A stretch of DNA of 64,000 nt from a virus (lineage: Duplodnaviria > Caudoviricetes): IMG/VR virus record IMGVR_UViG_2974692648_000001, positions 128,001-192,000 of that record; one strand, written 5' to 3'. The translations under genes and the position numbers were made by a program. Shown one piece after another: positions 19,942-30,923 of this stretch (positions are counted from its first letter, which is position 1; each line of letters begins with the position of its first letter). The notes under the pieces were generated by a model, which saw only the letters and a list, made by a program, of their open reading frames with translations, did not search any database and had not been told where the DNA came from.

Positions 19942-20329
19942 GTTAGACTTAGGCGTCGTCACTAAAAAATATACGGAGGACCGAGATTTAAAAGATCCAC
20001 CGGCACGCTTATTTAGAGCTTTGTTACGAAAGCTGGAATCACAAGGATTGAACATCTCTCAATTAACGTTACTCTTACAAGAGTATGTTAAGTGGGAAGT
20101 GACCACCGATGATCCTTTGAAAGCTAAGTCGGAACGTAACACCCTCATGGGGAATATCAGAGCCGCGTTCTTTAAGAACGACACTATGACATTTCCTAAA
20201 CTTTTAACTGGCCTGAGTATCCTACAGGTCAAGAAATATACCCTGACTCTAAAAGTTGAAATGGAGGATGGGAAAACCGTGGAAGTTTCTGAGACTGGAC
20301 GTGTGCACAACGCCAGGAATACGAAATAA
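19913..20329 (+). CDS. hypothetical protein (conserved phiKZ-like)
   Basis: GAGG RBS with TTG start; MTFPKLLTGLSIL motif. Confidence 0.7.
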   Translation: MSKPTNHKDKLDLGVVTKKYTEDRDLKDPPARLFRALLRKLESQGLNISQLTLLLQEYVKWEVTTDDPLKAKSERNTLMGNIRAAFFKNDTMTFPKLLTGLSILQVKKYTLTLKVEMEDGKTVEVSETGRVHNARNTK

Positions 20330-20359
20330 CATGGTCTCGATCATTACGTAATGAAAGAA

Positions 20360-20397
20360 CGTGGGCGGTCCCTTAGGGGGACCGCCCACGAATTTTA
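20360..20397 (+). terminator. GC-rich stem-loop/terminator
   Basis: CGTGGGCGGTCCC...GGGACCGCCCACG. Confidence 0.75.
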
Positions 20398-20423
20398 TGT
20401 TCCTTATTTTTTTGTAACGGTGT

Positions 20424-21560
20424 GTGACGATGAGTGAATTTAGTAACATACTCGACTCTTTCGATCCTTTTGAAGGTTTGTCTTCTACTGACCCAGTTAG
20501 TAAGAAGTCAAGTGAAATCCAAGGGGATGTATCGTCGATTCGTAAGAAAGCCACGAATCCGATCGACTCGAGTTCCAAAGATAACAACAAGGGTGTAGAA
20601 ACTGTAAAGCCTGAGAACGGTGCGTTAGACAAAACCCTCAACAGTTTTAAGTCTGATACGTTAGGTCATATCAGTGACAGTTACCAACAAAAAACTTCTA
20701 ACTTTACTTTAGATGATTTAGAACAATTGGCTAAAGTAGAAGGTGGTTCGTTGGGTCTGAACAAAGATTACGTGATGAGTGAACTCTCAGACACGTTAGG
20801 GTATAGCCTGGGTGACACTGAAGCCTTTAAAGGTGAAGCAGGAGATGAACTCTTTAAACGGTTCGTTCAGTTAACGGACCCCGACGGTGGAGCCTTACTG
20901 GATAAGAACGGCAATGAGTTAAGTTTTAAAGACGGCTGGCGGGATGGAACCACTGAGGGATTAATTTATTCCTTGGCTATGCGTGGTTATGACCTCTATG
21001 AGGAGGTCAAAGATTCGGCTTTAGAGGACTCGTTTGACGCCACCCAACTTTATTCAGCCGCACAATCTGGTATGGTGGAAGCCTACCGCCCCATCTATGA
21101 TAAAATCAAACCTGAGAGTAAAGCTCGGGACATGATGGTTAATGCGATTGAATACGTAATCAGAAACGGGGATTTCAACAGCTTAGTGGAAATGCTAAGC
21201 ATACTAGGGCAAAGTAACTACTCATTAGTAAAGCGCAACTATCCAAGTCTACCTAAAGACTTTCTGAGTAATTACTACCTAGATAAAAAGGTTTACCTTC
21301 ATGAACATCAAGCGCTCTCCGATCAACTGACTCAGACGTTATCTGACATCTATGGTCCAAGCTGGTATAAAGTCGGAACTGAACATGGTGAGGCTTACAA
21401 CGTACTCATTGGATCTAATTGTAGTCAAGACGCAGTGACCTTACTTTCTTTAAATGAAGACTTAGGTGTGTTAGTTTCGTTACAACATACCTTTACTGAG
21501 TTCCCTGCCGCTGAAGTGTTTTTTGAGCATTTCCCCGATACACCTAGAATTACATTGTAA
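20424..21560 (+). CDS. hypothetical (possible virion) protein
   Basis: ORF 378 aa. Confidence 0.75.
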   Translation: MTMSEFSNILDSFDPFEGLSSTDPVSKKSSEIQGDVSSIRKKATNPIDSSSKDNNKGVETVKPENGALDKTLNSFKSDTLGHISDSYQQKTSNFTLDDLEQLAKVEGGSLGLNKDYVMSELSDTLGYSLGDTEAFKGEAGDELFKRFVQLTDPDGGALLDKNGNELSFKDGWRDGTTEGLIYSLAMRGYDLYEEVKDSALEDSFDATQLYSAAQSGMVEAYRPIYDKIKPESKARDMMVNAIEYVIRNGDFNSLVEMLSILGQSNYSLVKRNYPSLPKDFLSNYYLDKKVYLHEHQALSDQLTQTLSDIYGPSWYKVGTEHGEAYNVLIGSNCSQDAVTLLSLNEDLGVLVSLQHTFTEFPAAEVFFEHFPDTPRITL

Positions 21561-21562
21561 CT

Positions 21563-21610
21563 ATAACTCCTACTCCCTATTGGGAGTAGGAGTTATTACG
21601 TTATTTTTTT
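21563..21610. terminator. terminator, CTACTCC family, between convergent genes
   Basis: ATAACTCCTACTCCC-tatt-GGGAGTAGGAGTTAT. Confidence 0.85.
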
Positions 21611-23787
21611 TACCTTGCTAGAGGTCTAACAAACACTTTAGATATATCACCGACTACCGAGTCCGCCACCATACCTGCGATGTTACCCGGAGCCACACTT
21701 TGCTTCCAGGACGTAACCTGAGTGGTCAAACGTCTGGATAACTGACTCCATCGAAGTAATGTGTCTAGGTAATCCGTTCCGGTAATACGTGTCAGGTAAG
21801 AGTTATAAGGACCAACGTCGGTCAACATACGTGATACTGCCGCTGCCGGGTTAGTTAAAGAGTTTAATAACCCAGAAGTACGTGAGATTGGAAGACTGAT
21901 GTATTTTTCCATGTCGACGAAAGTTAATTCGACGGTAATGTTCAAACACTTACGGTCTTTAGTCCAACCACCTACACCATCGCCAAAACGTATGGTTGCT
22001 GATTCTACCATACCTGTGCGTATAACTTGTCGTCCTTTAGAAAACACCTTACATAGGAATGGTGAAGTCTGAGCAGACGCACCCGCCGAGTTAGGGAAGA
22101 TCAAAGGTAACAGCATCGCAAACGGAGCCCACATGGTCGTTACCTGCGAATACAAAGAAGCGTAAGTCGATTTGAATTCGAACTTGTACGTTTCTCGGTG
22201 CAGGTTAGCTGAAGATTCACTCCAGTGTTCCGGTATATTAATGTGAGCGTTGTTTGTTAACGCTAAGGGGATGTTAACAATTGCCGCGGAACTCGCAACA
22301 CCGGCAATAGCGTCACGTGCCATGTTCATCACACCGTCAATAGGCGCTATGCCTGTTTGAGCATCCGCCATATCAAAACGGAAATCGTTCACTGACTTCA
22401 CAGCAGAGTTGAACTTGGATGCCATCGGTGACTGAGTAGTGGTGTTGGTGATGCTATCCGACACTGCACCTTGGTGATCGTGACGGAAGGTGATCGCATC
22501 AAAGCCACCATAGAGGGAGGTTTCCAGTAGATCTACTACGTCTCCCATCCAGCTACGGTCTTGGGTGTTGTCTTCGTAAGTAGCTTGTTGTTCGAAACCC
22601 TGATAGATGTTAGGCGTCGTTCCTGTAGACGGTGGACGATTTGAATCACCTGGGTGAGCGGGAGCTTGTCCACTTACCGAGTTGTTGGAAGATGGCGCTA
22701 CACCACCTTGGTTATTCTCATTACCGTATAACCCGGGTAAAGTACCTCCGCCTCCGGAACTGTACGACGTATTTGGCGTGGGTCTCGCATTTTCATACGC
22801 GTCTTTATCCAAGTAAGCTGAGTGTTTCTCCGGTGTATGTGGTTCTTCACTGCCATCGCCTCGAATCTTACCTACTGTATTTAACTCCTTATCCAGAAAT
22901 TGTTGTAAAGTGGTGTCGTAAGTTCCACCATCTCCAGGTCGAAAGTCTTTCATCTTTTGCTCGATGGCTTCAAATTTTTCGTCCGGAGAGTTGATCGCCG
23001 CATCGTCCAGTTTCTTTACTTCTTTCACAAAGTGTCTGAACTTTCTCACTCCTCGAGTCATCATCCGGGCTAAGTCGATAGTGCCGTCTTCATTTACTAC
23101 ATCGCCGAAGGTTTTAGAAAGTCTCGCAACTTCCTCTTGATATTCAGTTTTGTAAGAAGGGTCGATACCATTAACTGGGGATGTATCATCATACTTCATA
23201 GGAAGTACAGGTTTGATTGCACCCAAAGCCACCATGATGTCATTCAATACGTTGTTAGCGGACTGTAGATATAATCCGACCGCTGGTTTAACGTAATAGA
23301 ACTGGTTCTTAGGGGTGTTGGTTAACCAGTACAAAAACTGCATCCCGATAGAAACCAGCTGGATAGACGCGAAAGCAATCGTACCAACGGCTTGACCCAC
23401 ATAAAACATAAACCCCGGGGTTCGGCCTTTGTTAGCCATTACAGCAGCCACAGGATCAAACATGTTTGTGATAAATGTCAGTAGTCCAGTAAACTCAGCA
23501 ACCCCCGGAGTAATGGTAACTAAGGAAGCGTTCTCATCGAAGACTCGCTTATACTGGGTTCCCATCCCGCCTTCCTTCGATTCCATAAACTGAGTGAAAC
23601 GAGGGTCGGTAGCCGGAGAAAACTGAGGTAGGGGGTTTACATAACGATTGTCTCCCGGAGCTGAAGAAAAGAAGTTGTAATAGAGATCTTTATTGAGGTG
23701 ATCTCGGACGGTGACGTTTTCCACACCTGCCGCCATCAGTCGGAACGACTTCTTAATGAGGTCGCGGTCCGTGACTGTAACACTCAT
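21610..23787 (-). CDS. tail/baseplate structural protein (phiKZ gp182-like)
   Basis: 725 aa directly downstream of the tape measure gene; PGDNRYVNPLPQF, IPEHWSES and TSPFLC motifs. Confidence 0.7.
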   Translation of the reverse strand: MSVTVTDRDLIKKSFRLMAAGVENVTVRDHLNKDLYYNFFSSAPGDNRYVNPLPQFSPATDPRFTQFMESKEGGMGTQYKRVFDENASLVTITPGVAEFTGLLTFITNMFDPVAAVMANKGRTPGFMFYVGQAVGTIAFASIQLVSIGMQFLYWLTNTPKNQFYYVKPAVGLYLQSANNVLNDIMVALGAIKPVLPMKYDDTSPVNGIDPSYKTEYQEEVARLSKTFGDVVNEDGTIDLARMMTRGVRKFRHFVKEVKKLDDAAINSPDEKFEAIEQKMKDFRPGDGGTYDTTLQQFLDKELNTVGKIRGDGSEEPHTPEKHSAYLDKDAYENARPTPNTSYSSGGGGTLPGLYGNENNQGGVAPSSNNSVSGQAPAHPGDSNRPPSTGTTPNIYQGFEQQATYEDNTQDRSWMGDVVDLLETSLYGGFDAITFRHDHQGAVSDSITNTTTQSPMASKFNSAVKSVNDFRFDMADAQTGIAPIDGVMNMARDAIAGVASSAAIVNIPLALTNNAHINIPEHWSESSANLHRETYKFEFKSTYASLYSQVTTMWAPFAMLLPLIFPNSAGASAQTSPFLCKVFSKGRQVIRTGMVESATIRFGDGVGGWTKDRKCLNITVELTFVDMEKYISLPISRTSGLLNSLTNPAAAVSRMLTDVGPYNSYLTRITGTDYLDTLLRWSQLSRRLTTQVTSWKQSVAPGNIAGMVADSVVGDISKVFVRPLAR

Positions 23788-23831
23788 GTTTGAGTCTCCT
23801 TAGAAATTTAGGGGGACGAATCCCCCTTACG

Positions 23832-26800
23832 TTAGGTTAATGATACAGAATCCTGTCGTACCCGGTTGGCTTTTTGATTACCTTCTTGGATAGCGTTGAG
23901 TATTCCCTGTAGGATTGCCGTTTGGCTAGTTAAAGCAGCTTCCGTCTCTGGTTTCATTGCCGCCTCTACTTTAAGTGGTTCTTGTGGAACCTCTTTGACT
24001 TTGGAACGCACTTGAGCTTCTATCGCTTCTTTAGCGATGTTGTACTCGTCGACCTTAGGTTTAGTAGGGGTAGGAACGTTACTTAGATCAGGAATCGATT
24101 TATCGTTAAACACTGAAGGATTACGGGACTGTTTAACTGCACTCGTTGCTGCCGCGGTGTTGTCTTCAAGAGACGGCGTCGCGGAAGGTTTGGTTGCCGT
24201 TAAAGCTCGTTCTTCCTTCGCCAACGAATCTTTAGGGAGCGCTGAAGCTAGAGCATTGCCCCGGGTGAATTTGTTGTCGACTAAAACTCCGTTCTTGTAT
24301 TGCTTTGATTTTTCTGCAATACGCTGTCCAACCCGATCTTCCATCTCGGACTTAGTCATGTGATTATCGACATAGTCGTTGATGTGTTTCTCGGTTTCGG
24401 ACATTCCCGGGGCTGAGTCGTAAGGTGTATTCTCTTCTTCTGACGGAGCTAGGTCTTTGGTGAGTTCACCGTTCAACAAATTATTCAGGTAATCGTTGTA
24501 CAGGCGTTCACGCTTACCCATTCCCGGCAACGCTTTACCACCGTTCAACCCACGAGCCGCAAAGCTAAAGTCACCGTGTTCTTTGATGGACTGCATTTGT
24601 GGTGAGTTTTCAAAGAACCAAATAGCGGTCTTAGCCATGGTCTCAGGATCTTCAGACACCATACGAGGGTTATTGACAATGTCGATACCCAAATCACTAG
24701 CAGCACGTTCGTAGTTATCTTTACCCGTTAATTGAACCAATCCACGACCACGATACAACCAGCCATCGTTAGGGGAATCCGTATTACCCAACCAGCCATT
24801 ATAAACAGCGTTGGCGAATGCAACGGGGCCTTGTCGGATGATCTCTTGGATCTGTGGAATATTAAACTGCTTCAACTTACGGAAGATGTTACGAGCTCTA
24901 GCCGCGTTTGTGTAACGCATGTTTTCTGCGGTATTGCGGTACCCACCAGTTTCGTAGTCAGTAAGTGCCAGCATCTCGGCAATCTGTCTTGGGTCGTCGT
25001 AACCTTTCTTGACCATCTCACGAATAAGAACCTTTGTGATCTGATCTTTGTTTAAGGACACACCTTTATCATCACCCGGTTTAAGCTTAACGTCAGTTTC
25101 GATATCTCGATTAACGTCAACTTTCACCTTACTTAGATCACTAGTCATCTCAGGAACAGGACTTGGTTGTTTACGACCAAATTGTTCTGAAATGTCTGGA
25201 GCGTTCTTAGGTTTATTAATGTTCAGGTTGTCTGGCAAACGATAGACAGACTGATCAGTACGATCTGGTGCTTTAACAGTACGACTCTGCTCTAAGTCAG
25301 GGTCTTTCAGTCTAGCTTGATTCGCTTTGACTTCCAGTGCTTGGAGCATGCGTTTCACACGAGTTGACATTCCTTCGGAACGTTCACCCTCAAATGGTGC
25401 TTCATCAACACTAAACAATCCTTTCACACGCTCATCAACAAAGACCTTAAGTTCCACAACCTGTTGAGCAAAACGGAACTGTGCAGTTGCTGATAACGTA
25501 CGCCACACTTTAGATGGATCGCCACCACGTTGGTTACGACACACTTGGTGCCAAGCTAACCAGACCGGTAAGAAACGATACTGGAACCAACGGATGGCTA
25601 GTTCTCTACCTTTTCTGGAAGTAACACGGAAAGCAGCACTGAAGGTTGCCCAGAATTCTTCCACTGTCCCGGTAAACTCAGAACGACCATTGGAGTAAGA
25701 AGTATAACGTTCCATCCAGCGCTCTAACTTAAGTACCGCTTCTACACGCCAAGGCATGTTGTCTTCGTTACCGTAAGCTGCTAAACGGAAAGCTGTAATG
25801 ATTTCAACCGGCTTATCCCCAGGGAGCATGTCAGAGATGTCAATCCCTTTAATGACTTCTGGTTGTTTAAACCAAGTATCTAACTTCTTCTGTTTCTCTT
25901 CATCGTTGTGATCACCGGTCAATCTCATCCAAGCACTTTCCAACATCCCTGCTTTCTCTACTTTCTTGATCTTAGAGTTAACGGTGTCGATGGTAAGGTC
26001 TTCCGACAGTTTCTTGGAATTAAGATTTGTGGTGTCGTATTCTTCCTTCATTTCATTTAAGTAACGAGCCACTTGTGCTTTGGTCTCTTCTGCACTCAAT
26101 GCGTACGTATCACGACTAATCCATAATTGGATTCGGTAAGGAGATGGGTTCATCATCCCTGCCTCATCGTGGGTTTGCTTAGCGATCAAAGGAACCGTGT
26201 TGTTCTTAAGCTTATCGTAATCCTCAAACTTATTAATATCCAGTTTTTGGAATTGAGCGTAGTAAGACAAATACACTGGTTTAAAACGGAGACTAAACCA
26301 CTGTAGTGTGTCTTGTTGACCTTGCTGCGTCTTGCGGTTATTCAGGAACGGTGTTATAAAGCGTTCTAACGGCGTTTCTCTAGAGAACCCTGCGTTACTA
26401 CCGGATAACTGAACATAGTCCTGTAGCTGCGTTTCTAGGCGTAATACATCATTGATCAGTTCTTCATCTTGATCATCTATACCGTACTGAGCCATACGAA
26501 GTTTTTGCTGGATAGTGAGATCATCAGAACTGAAGAACTTGTACGCCGCGTAACCCGCAAGTCCGACACCTGCCACACCCAAGGTGATCGGGTTTAACAA
26601 GAACGGTGCGGCGGCTGCTGCGATCCCTCCTAGAGAAGTTCCCGCCATCCCTGCGACCGCTGAACCTGTCGCTAACCAGCCTGCTGCTTCTAAACCCACA
26701 GAACCGTAGTCCAGGAGTTTATCTGCGGTAGAACCTTGTTCTACGTCAAAGCCATCACGAGCCGCATCGATAGCCATGTCACCGCCAAGCATCAGTGCGC

Positions 26801-29800
26801 CACCTAAACCAAACTTCGTCATGTTACTCATACGACCAAGTTTAGAGAAGCGACCAAATCTACCTCGCTTACCACGTTTACCTCGGCGACCGTCGCCGTC
26901 GGCACCACCGATACCATCAACGACAGCATCTTTAGTCCTACGCCCCAATAACGCACTGCTTAACAACTTACCTAAACTGAACAAACCTTTAGTGATCGTC
27001 CCGTTAAGTTTCATTAAGTTGGTGAACCCACCAATGCCAAGAGAAAGGAATTTCTTCATCAAAGCAAAGAGGCCACCACCAGCCATTCCGAGCAGTTTAC
27101 CTAAAATACCACCGTCTTGTTTCTTCTTACCGTCTTTATCATCCGGGTTAAGACTTTCGGCAATATCAATGACAGAGTCTTGGAACTGAGCTTGCTTGGC
27201 TTCTTTCTTACGACGGATTTTGTCAGCAAGAGAGTTCAAACGAATACCTTCAGTTGGTTTCTCGTCTTCATGTTCCCCCGTTCCTAAATCGTCAATGAAA
27301 GACTTCACTTTAGGACTGACTTTCTCCATCCCCGGCATCTTGGTATCAAGACCCCAATGACCAGCAATGAGACCGTAGATAGAATCAAGTCGATGAGTAA
27401 TAGGTTCATAACGATCACCGCCGATGTTACCCGCACGTTCGATGACGTGTTCGGAACCTAGGATAGCTGAACCTAGACGCTCCCTACCGTTTTCTTGTAA
27501 CCACTTAGCACCCTTACTCACCATTTTACCGAACGTACCAGTTGCACTTCTGGCTTTACCCAGTGACACACCACCGATGGTTTGAAGGTCGTTAAGGTCC
27601 TCAACAGAAACCAGTAAGTTTCCTTCCTGATCATAAACAGGACCTAAGATGTCACGCCATCCTAGGATCTCATTACCTTCCTCATCAAAGTACCAGCCGT
27701 TCTTGAATCCTCGACTTGTAAGTACAGGGTCTGGGTCACCTTTACGGTAAACATCCATTTGATCCAATCCGGTCTTGGCTTTATCAATTAATGACTTGGC
27801 CTTTCCTACTGGGTCGATTGCTTGGAACGTCTTACTGACAAATGATTTGAAACGATGTAAACCGTCTAGGATGATCTCTCTACCGTCAGGACCGAATAAT
27901 CGACCTGCCAGTCGTTTCCCACTGGCTGCGATCTCTGAAGCCCCTTGGGAGACGTCTATAACGGTACCTTTGATATCGGCCCAAGACTTGATCACTTTAC
28001 GAGACGCTTGGTCGTAATAATCACCCGCGTTTTTCTTAGCAGCGTATAGGACTTCGTTTCCGTCTTCGTCGTAAAGGTCTTCATCTTCAGCAGGGCTTGA
28101 CCCGGCATTACCTAACTTACTTAATTGACCATAAGCGGTTGCTACCGCCGCACCACCTGCTAACAGAGCTGCCGCTTTAGGGTTACTCATGGCTGTGACG
28201 CCAAGTCCACCTAACAGACCACCCAGTACCATCGGTTTATTGGCGATCAAAGCTTCCACGCCTTGGTTAAACAAGTCCGCTGGAACTACGGAACGTAAAC
28301 GTTCTAATAACGATTGTTTTTCTCGTTCTTCGACACGTTGCTGGTCAGTGATTTCCTTGGATGGTTGGTCTTCATCAATCCCCACCGTAGAAACGGATTT
28401 CAATTTCTTCAATAAAGAGATCTGTTCCATTTGGTACTGACTGATTTCAGCCAAGGTGGAGTTAGTCCCCTTTACCAAGTCTAACAACGGATCCATAACT
28501 AGCGCTTTTGTAGGATCTGCGTTTACCCCGATGGCGGGTAATGTTTTGGTGTTGTTTTGAATTTTAACTAAGGTGTCGATGATATTGCTGAGAGCACCAC
28601 TAACTTCTTCCTGCAAAGGGAGGGGGGAAGGAATAGATAAGTTAGATAGATTAGGAGATGACTTATTATTTCTTTTATGAAATATCTGATATAGATCATC
28701 TTTAGTAGGATAAGGTTCATCACTACCAATGGATAAGTCTTCGTTAATAGGGTTGCCGTTAATACGGTTGTTGAGTTGTTTCCAAATCAATTCCTGATTA
28801 ACGATCTCTTTATTAGAATCAGGATCAACACTAATAAACCCAGACGCCTTTAATCCCTCATCTAAACCAAGGCTACGAACCAAATCTATTTTGTCAGCAA
28901 TATTTGGTGTGTAGTTCTTTAATGAATCGGTACGAAGCGATAAACGATGCAATAGCTCTTGCCCTTCTGGGGTAGGGGCTGTTAAACGAGCCATAAGTCC
29001 GTCTAATGTGCTATCTTGAGTGCGTTCGATCATTTCATCAGTGATACTAAAACGACGTCTTACAAGTGCTTCTATCTCAGCAGCTTGTTCCTCGTTCATG
29101 TATTCGTCCGTTCCAATACCGATGTAATCGTAAGGGTTGAAGACGTTCCCCTTATCAGCTTCTCTTGCAAGTCGTTGTGCTAACGCATTACTTGCACTCT
29201 CGCTCAGTTCATTGTCCTTATCGATATCCCCCGCTATCGACTTAGCTGCATCCGCGTAAGTATTCAATTCCCATTCGGGGGTGATCATACGCTGAATCTG
29301 TTGATTTAAACGATCTGTAGTAGTGACCCTTGAGGTACGGTAATCGTAACGCAGTCTAGGAACATCATCTGACCCTGTGCGAATTTTCTCGATAGAGTGA
29401 TGGATTTCACTAAGCAGTGCAGGGATTTCTTCAGTCAAACTACGGGAGTCATGAACCGACCACACCGAGTTGTTCTTAAGGTCTTTAAGAGACTTCTCTT
29501 TAATCTGGTAAACGCTACCTTGGGACTCTTGGTAGTTTTCACCAACTAAGTTGAAGGCACCCCCTGCCGCACCTGTGGCTTTACGAACCGCTTGCCATAA
29601 TAACTTAGGCATTGGTTTAGCATTAGGTGGTAGTTCTTCTAGGTACTCCTCATAAGTCATGTGAGGTTGATCCATCATACCAGTTTCCTGATAATGACGA
29701 CCCATGACCGAACCCATGGCCTTAGTTGAGTACGACAACAAATCACCGAACTGACGGAGTTCCTTTTGAGTTTTGTCAAAAAGCTTAGCTTGATCTGGAT

Positions 29801-30902
29801 ACTTAGCACGCACCTTAGCGATCAAGTCACGACCTGCTTTTGTTTCAAAGAACTCTGGACCTCTGTCCACGACGAATTGCCCAAGCATCGAACCAATTAT
29901 CTCACCCGGAGAAACACCAGCGTCAGCGGACATCTCAGAGGCAAAACGTACATCCCCGACTAACTGAGTCATGATCGATAAAGAATCGTTAACACCATCT
30001 TTACTGATGATATTACCTAGGGCTTCACCAAACCCACCCGCTCTCGAGAACGTCGACTTCAAGATGTTGTCACGTAATCGACCTTTACTAGCTTGCAATA
30101 CAGAGGTCTTTTCGAAATCAGACATTGCAGTGTTTTTAACAACGTCTTTGATTTCTTTAATAATGCGGTGCTGAGAAGCTTCCATGAATTTGTAATACTT
30201 AGCATTAGTTAAGTATTGACGAGTCATCAAGTTTAACTTCATCGCTTCACGTTGACCATGGACCTTCATTTGGTATTGGTACAAACGCTGTAGGTTAGCA
30301 TTAACTTCAAACAGTTGTTCGTTGTTCTGTAACCCTGCCGACAATTGCTTAGAGCCAACACTACTCATCACTCGAGTAATAGCATCCGTGGATTCAACGT
30401 TTACTACGGATTGTTGTTCTAATGCTTCTAGCATGCGCTGTTGAGTGTCTTCTTCGACATCCCCCATGCGGAGTTGTTCTTCTCGGAACTCTCCGGTCTT
30501 TTCCCAATCACTAAAGTCTTTTTTACTGAACTCTTCGAGTCCGTCGACGATTTTATTGGGTAGACGATCGCGCAATGACTCGCTTAAAGAACCTGAAAGA
30601 AAAGCCAGATCTCCCATGAGGTCGACACTATTTTCTTTAAACTCTTTAAATGCTTCTTGTTTCTTACGATCCAGTTCGCGGTAGAAGTCAAAGGTTGTAC
30701 CAAACGAACTAGGAAGGATACGTCTTAATGTTTTAATTTTTGTGTCGGTATCACCGACAGTATTAGATTTTAGGGCAGAGAGAAATCCTTTGGAGACAGA
30801 CTTTAAGAACCCTTGATCTTTATTCCCGTCAAAATCAAAGTCAAAATCCATATCTCCATCAAGGAAATCATCTCCCCAATCATAATCTGATTCACTTGCC
30901 AT
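23832..30902 (-). CDS. tape measure / tail-associated peptidoglycan hydrolase (phiKZ gp181-like) with GH19 lysozyme domain
   Basis: 2356 aa with hydrophobic Gly/Ala segments; GH19 motifs ETGG...E and GN...DGWLYRGRGLVQLTGKDNY. Confidence 0.88.
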   Translation of the reverse strand: MASESDYDWGDDFLDGDMDFDFDFDGNKDQGFLKSVSKGFLSALKSNTVGDTDTKIKTLRRILPSSFGTTFDFYRELDRKKQEAFKEFKENSVDLMGDLAFLSGSLSESLRDRLPNKIVDGLEEFSKKDFSDWEKTGEFREEQLRMGDVEEDTQQRMLEALEQQSVVNVESTDAITRVMSSVGSKQLSAGLQNNEQLFEVNANLQRLYQYQMKVHGQREAMKLNLMTRQYLTNAKYYKFMEASQHRIIKEIKDVVKNTAMSDFEKTSVLQASKGRLRDNILKSTFSRAGGFGEALGNIISKDGVNDSLSIMTQLVGDVRFASEMSADAGVSPGEIIGSMLGQFVVDRGPEFFETKAGRDLIAKVRAKYPDQAKLFDKTQKELRQFGDLLSYSTKAMGSVMGRHYQETGMMDQPHMTYEEYLEELPPNAKPMPKLLWQAVRKATGAAGGAFNLVGENYQESQGSVYQIKEKSLKDLKNNSVWSVHDSRSLTEEIPALLSEIHHSIEKIRTGSDDVPRLRYDYRTSRVTTTDRLNQQIQRMITPEWELNTYADAAKSIAGDIDKDNELSESASNALAQRLAREADKGNVFNPYDYIGIGTDEYMNEEQAAEIEALVRRRFSITDEMIERTQDSTLDGLMARLTAPTPEGQELLHRLSLRTDSLKNYTPNIADKIDLVRSLGLDEGLKASGFISVDPDSNKEIVNQELIWKQLNNRINGNPINEDLSIGSDEPYPTKDDLYQIFHKRNNKSSPNLSNLSIPSPLPLQEEVSGALSNIIDTLVKIQNNTKTLPAIGVNADPTKALVMDPLLDLVKGTNSTLAEISQYQMEQISLLKKLKSVSTVGIDEDQPSKEITDQQRVEEREKQSLLERLRSVVPADLFNQGVEALIANKPMVLGGLLGGLGVTAMSNPKAAALLAGGAAVATAYGQLSKLGNAGSSPAEDEDLYDEDGNEVLYAAKKNAGDYYDQASRKVIKSWADIKGTVIDVSQGASEIAASGKRLAGRLFGPDGREIILDGLHRFKSFVSKTFQAIDPVGKAKSLIDKAKTGLDQMDVYRKGDPDPVLTSRGFKNGWYFDEEGNEILGWRDILGPVYDQEGNLLVSVEDLNDLQTIGGVSLGKARSATGTFGKMVSKGAKWLQENGRERLGSAILGSEHVIERAGNIGGDRYEPITHRLDSIYGLIAGHWGLDTKMPGMEKVSPKVKSFIDDLGTGEHEDEKPTEGIRLNSLADKIRRKKEAKQAQFQDSVIDIAESLNPDDKDGKKKQDGGILGKLLGMAGGGLFALMKKFLSLGIGGFTNLMKLNGTITKGLFSLGKLLSSALLGRRTKDAVVDGIGGADGDGRRGKRGKRGRFGRFSKLGRMSNMTKFGLGGALMLGGDMAIDAARDGFDVEQGSTADKLLDYGSVGLEAAGWLATGSAVAGMAGTSLGGIAAAAAPFLLNPITLGVAGVGLAGYAAYKFFSSDDLTIQQKLRMAQYGIDDQDEELINDVLRLETQLQDYVQLSGSNAGFSRETPLERFITPFLNNRKTQQGQQDTLQWFSLRFKPVYLSYYAQFQKLDINKFEDYDKLKNNTVPLIAKQTHDEAGMMNPSPYRIQLWISRDTYALSAEETKAQVARYLNEMKEEYDTTNLNSKKLSEDLTIDTVNSKIKKVEKAGMLESAWMRLTGDHNDEEKQKKLDTWFKQPEVIKGIDISDMLPGDKPVEIITAFRLAAYGNEDNMPWRVEAVLKLERWMERYTSYSNGRSEFTGTVEEFWATFSAAFRVTSRKGRELAIRWFQYRFLPVWLAWHQVCRNQRGGDPSKVWRTLSATAQFRFAQQVVELKVFVDERVKGLFSVDEAPFEGERSEGMSTRVKRMLQALEVKANQARLKDPDLEQSRTVKAPDRTDQSVYRLPDNLNINKPKNAPDISEQFGRKQPSPVPEMTSDLSKVKVDVNRDIETDVKLKPGDDKGVSLNKDQITKVLIREMVKKGYDDPRQIAEMLALTDYETGGYRNTAENMRYTNAARARNIFRKLKQFNIPQIQEIIRQGPVAFANAVYNGWLGNTDSPNDGWLYRGRGLVQLTGKDNYERAASDLGIDIVNNPRMVSEDPETMAKTAIWFFENSPQMQSIKEHGDFSFAARGLNGGKALPGMGKRERLYNDYLNNLLNGELTKDLAPSEEENTPYDSAPGMSETEKHINDYVDNHMTKSEMEDRVGQRIAEKSKQYKNGVLVDNKFTRGNALASALPKDSLAKEERALTATKPSATPSLEDNTAAATSAVKQSRNPSVFNDKSIPDLSNVPTPTKPKVDEYNIAKEAIEAQVRSKVKEVPQEPLKVEAAMKPETEAALTSQTAILQGILNAIQEGNQKANRVRQDSVSLT

Positions 30903-30923
30903 TTTGAAACCTCATGGTGTATT

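Noticed and set aside
24037-30684. Many short plus-strand ORFs opposite the tape measure gene, and similar antisense ORFs elsewhere in the track
   Set aside because: Shadow ORFs of long genes, without RBS or recognisable motifs.
30820-30870. Minus-strand LDGD/FDG codons at the tape measure N-terminus as a source of the missing RNAP micro-exon
   Set aside because: Part of an ordinary acidic low-complexity N-terminus with no flanking intron structure; probably coincidence.
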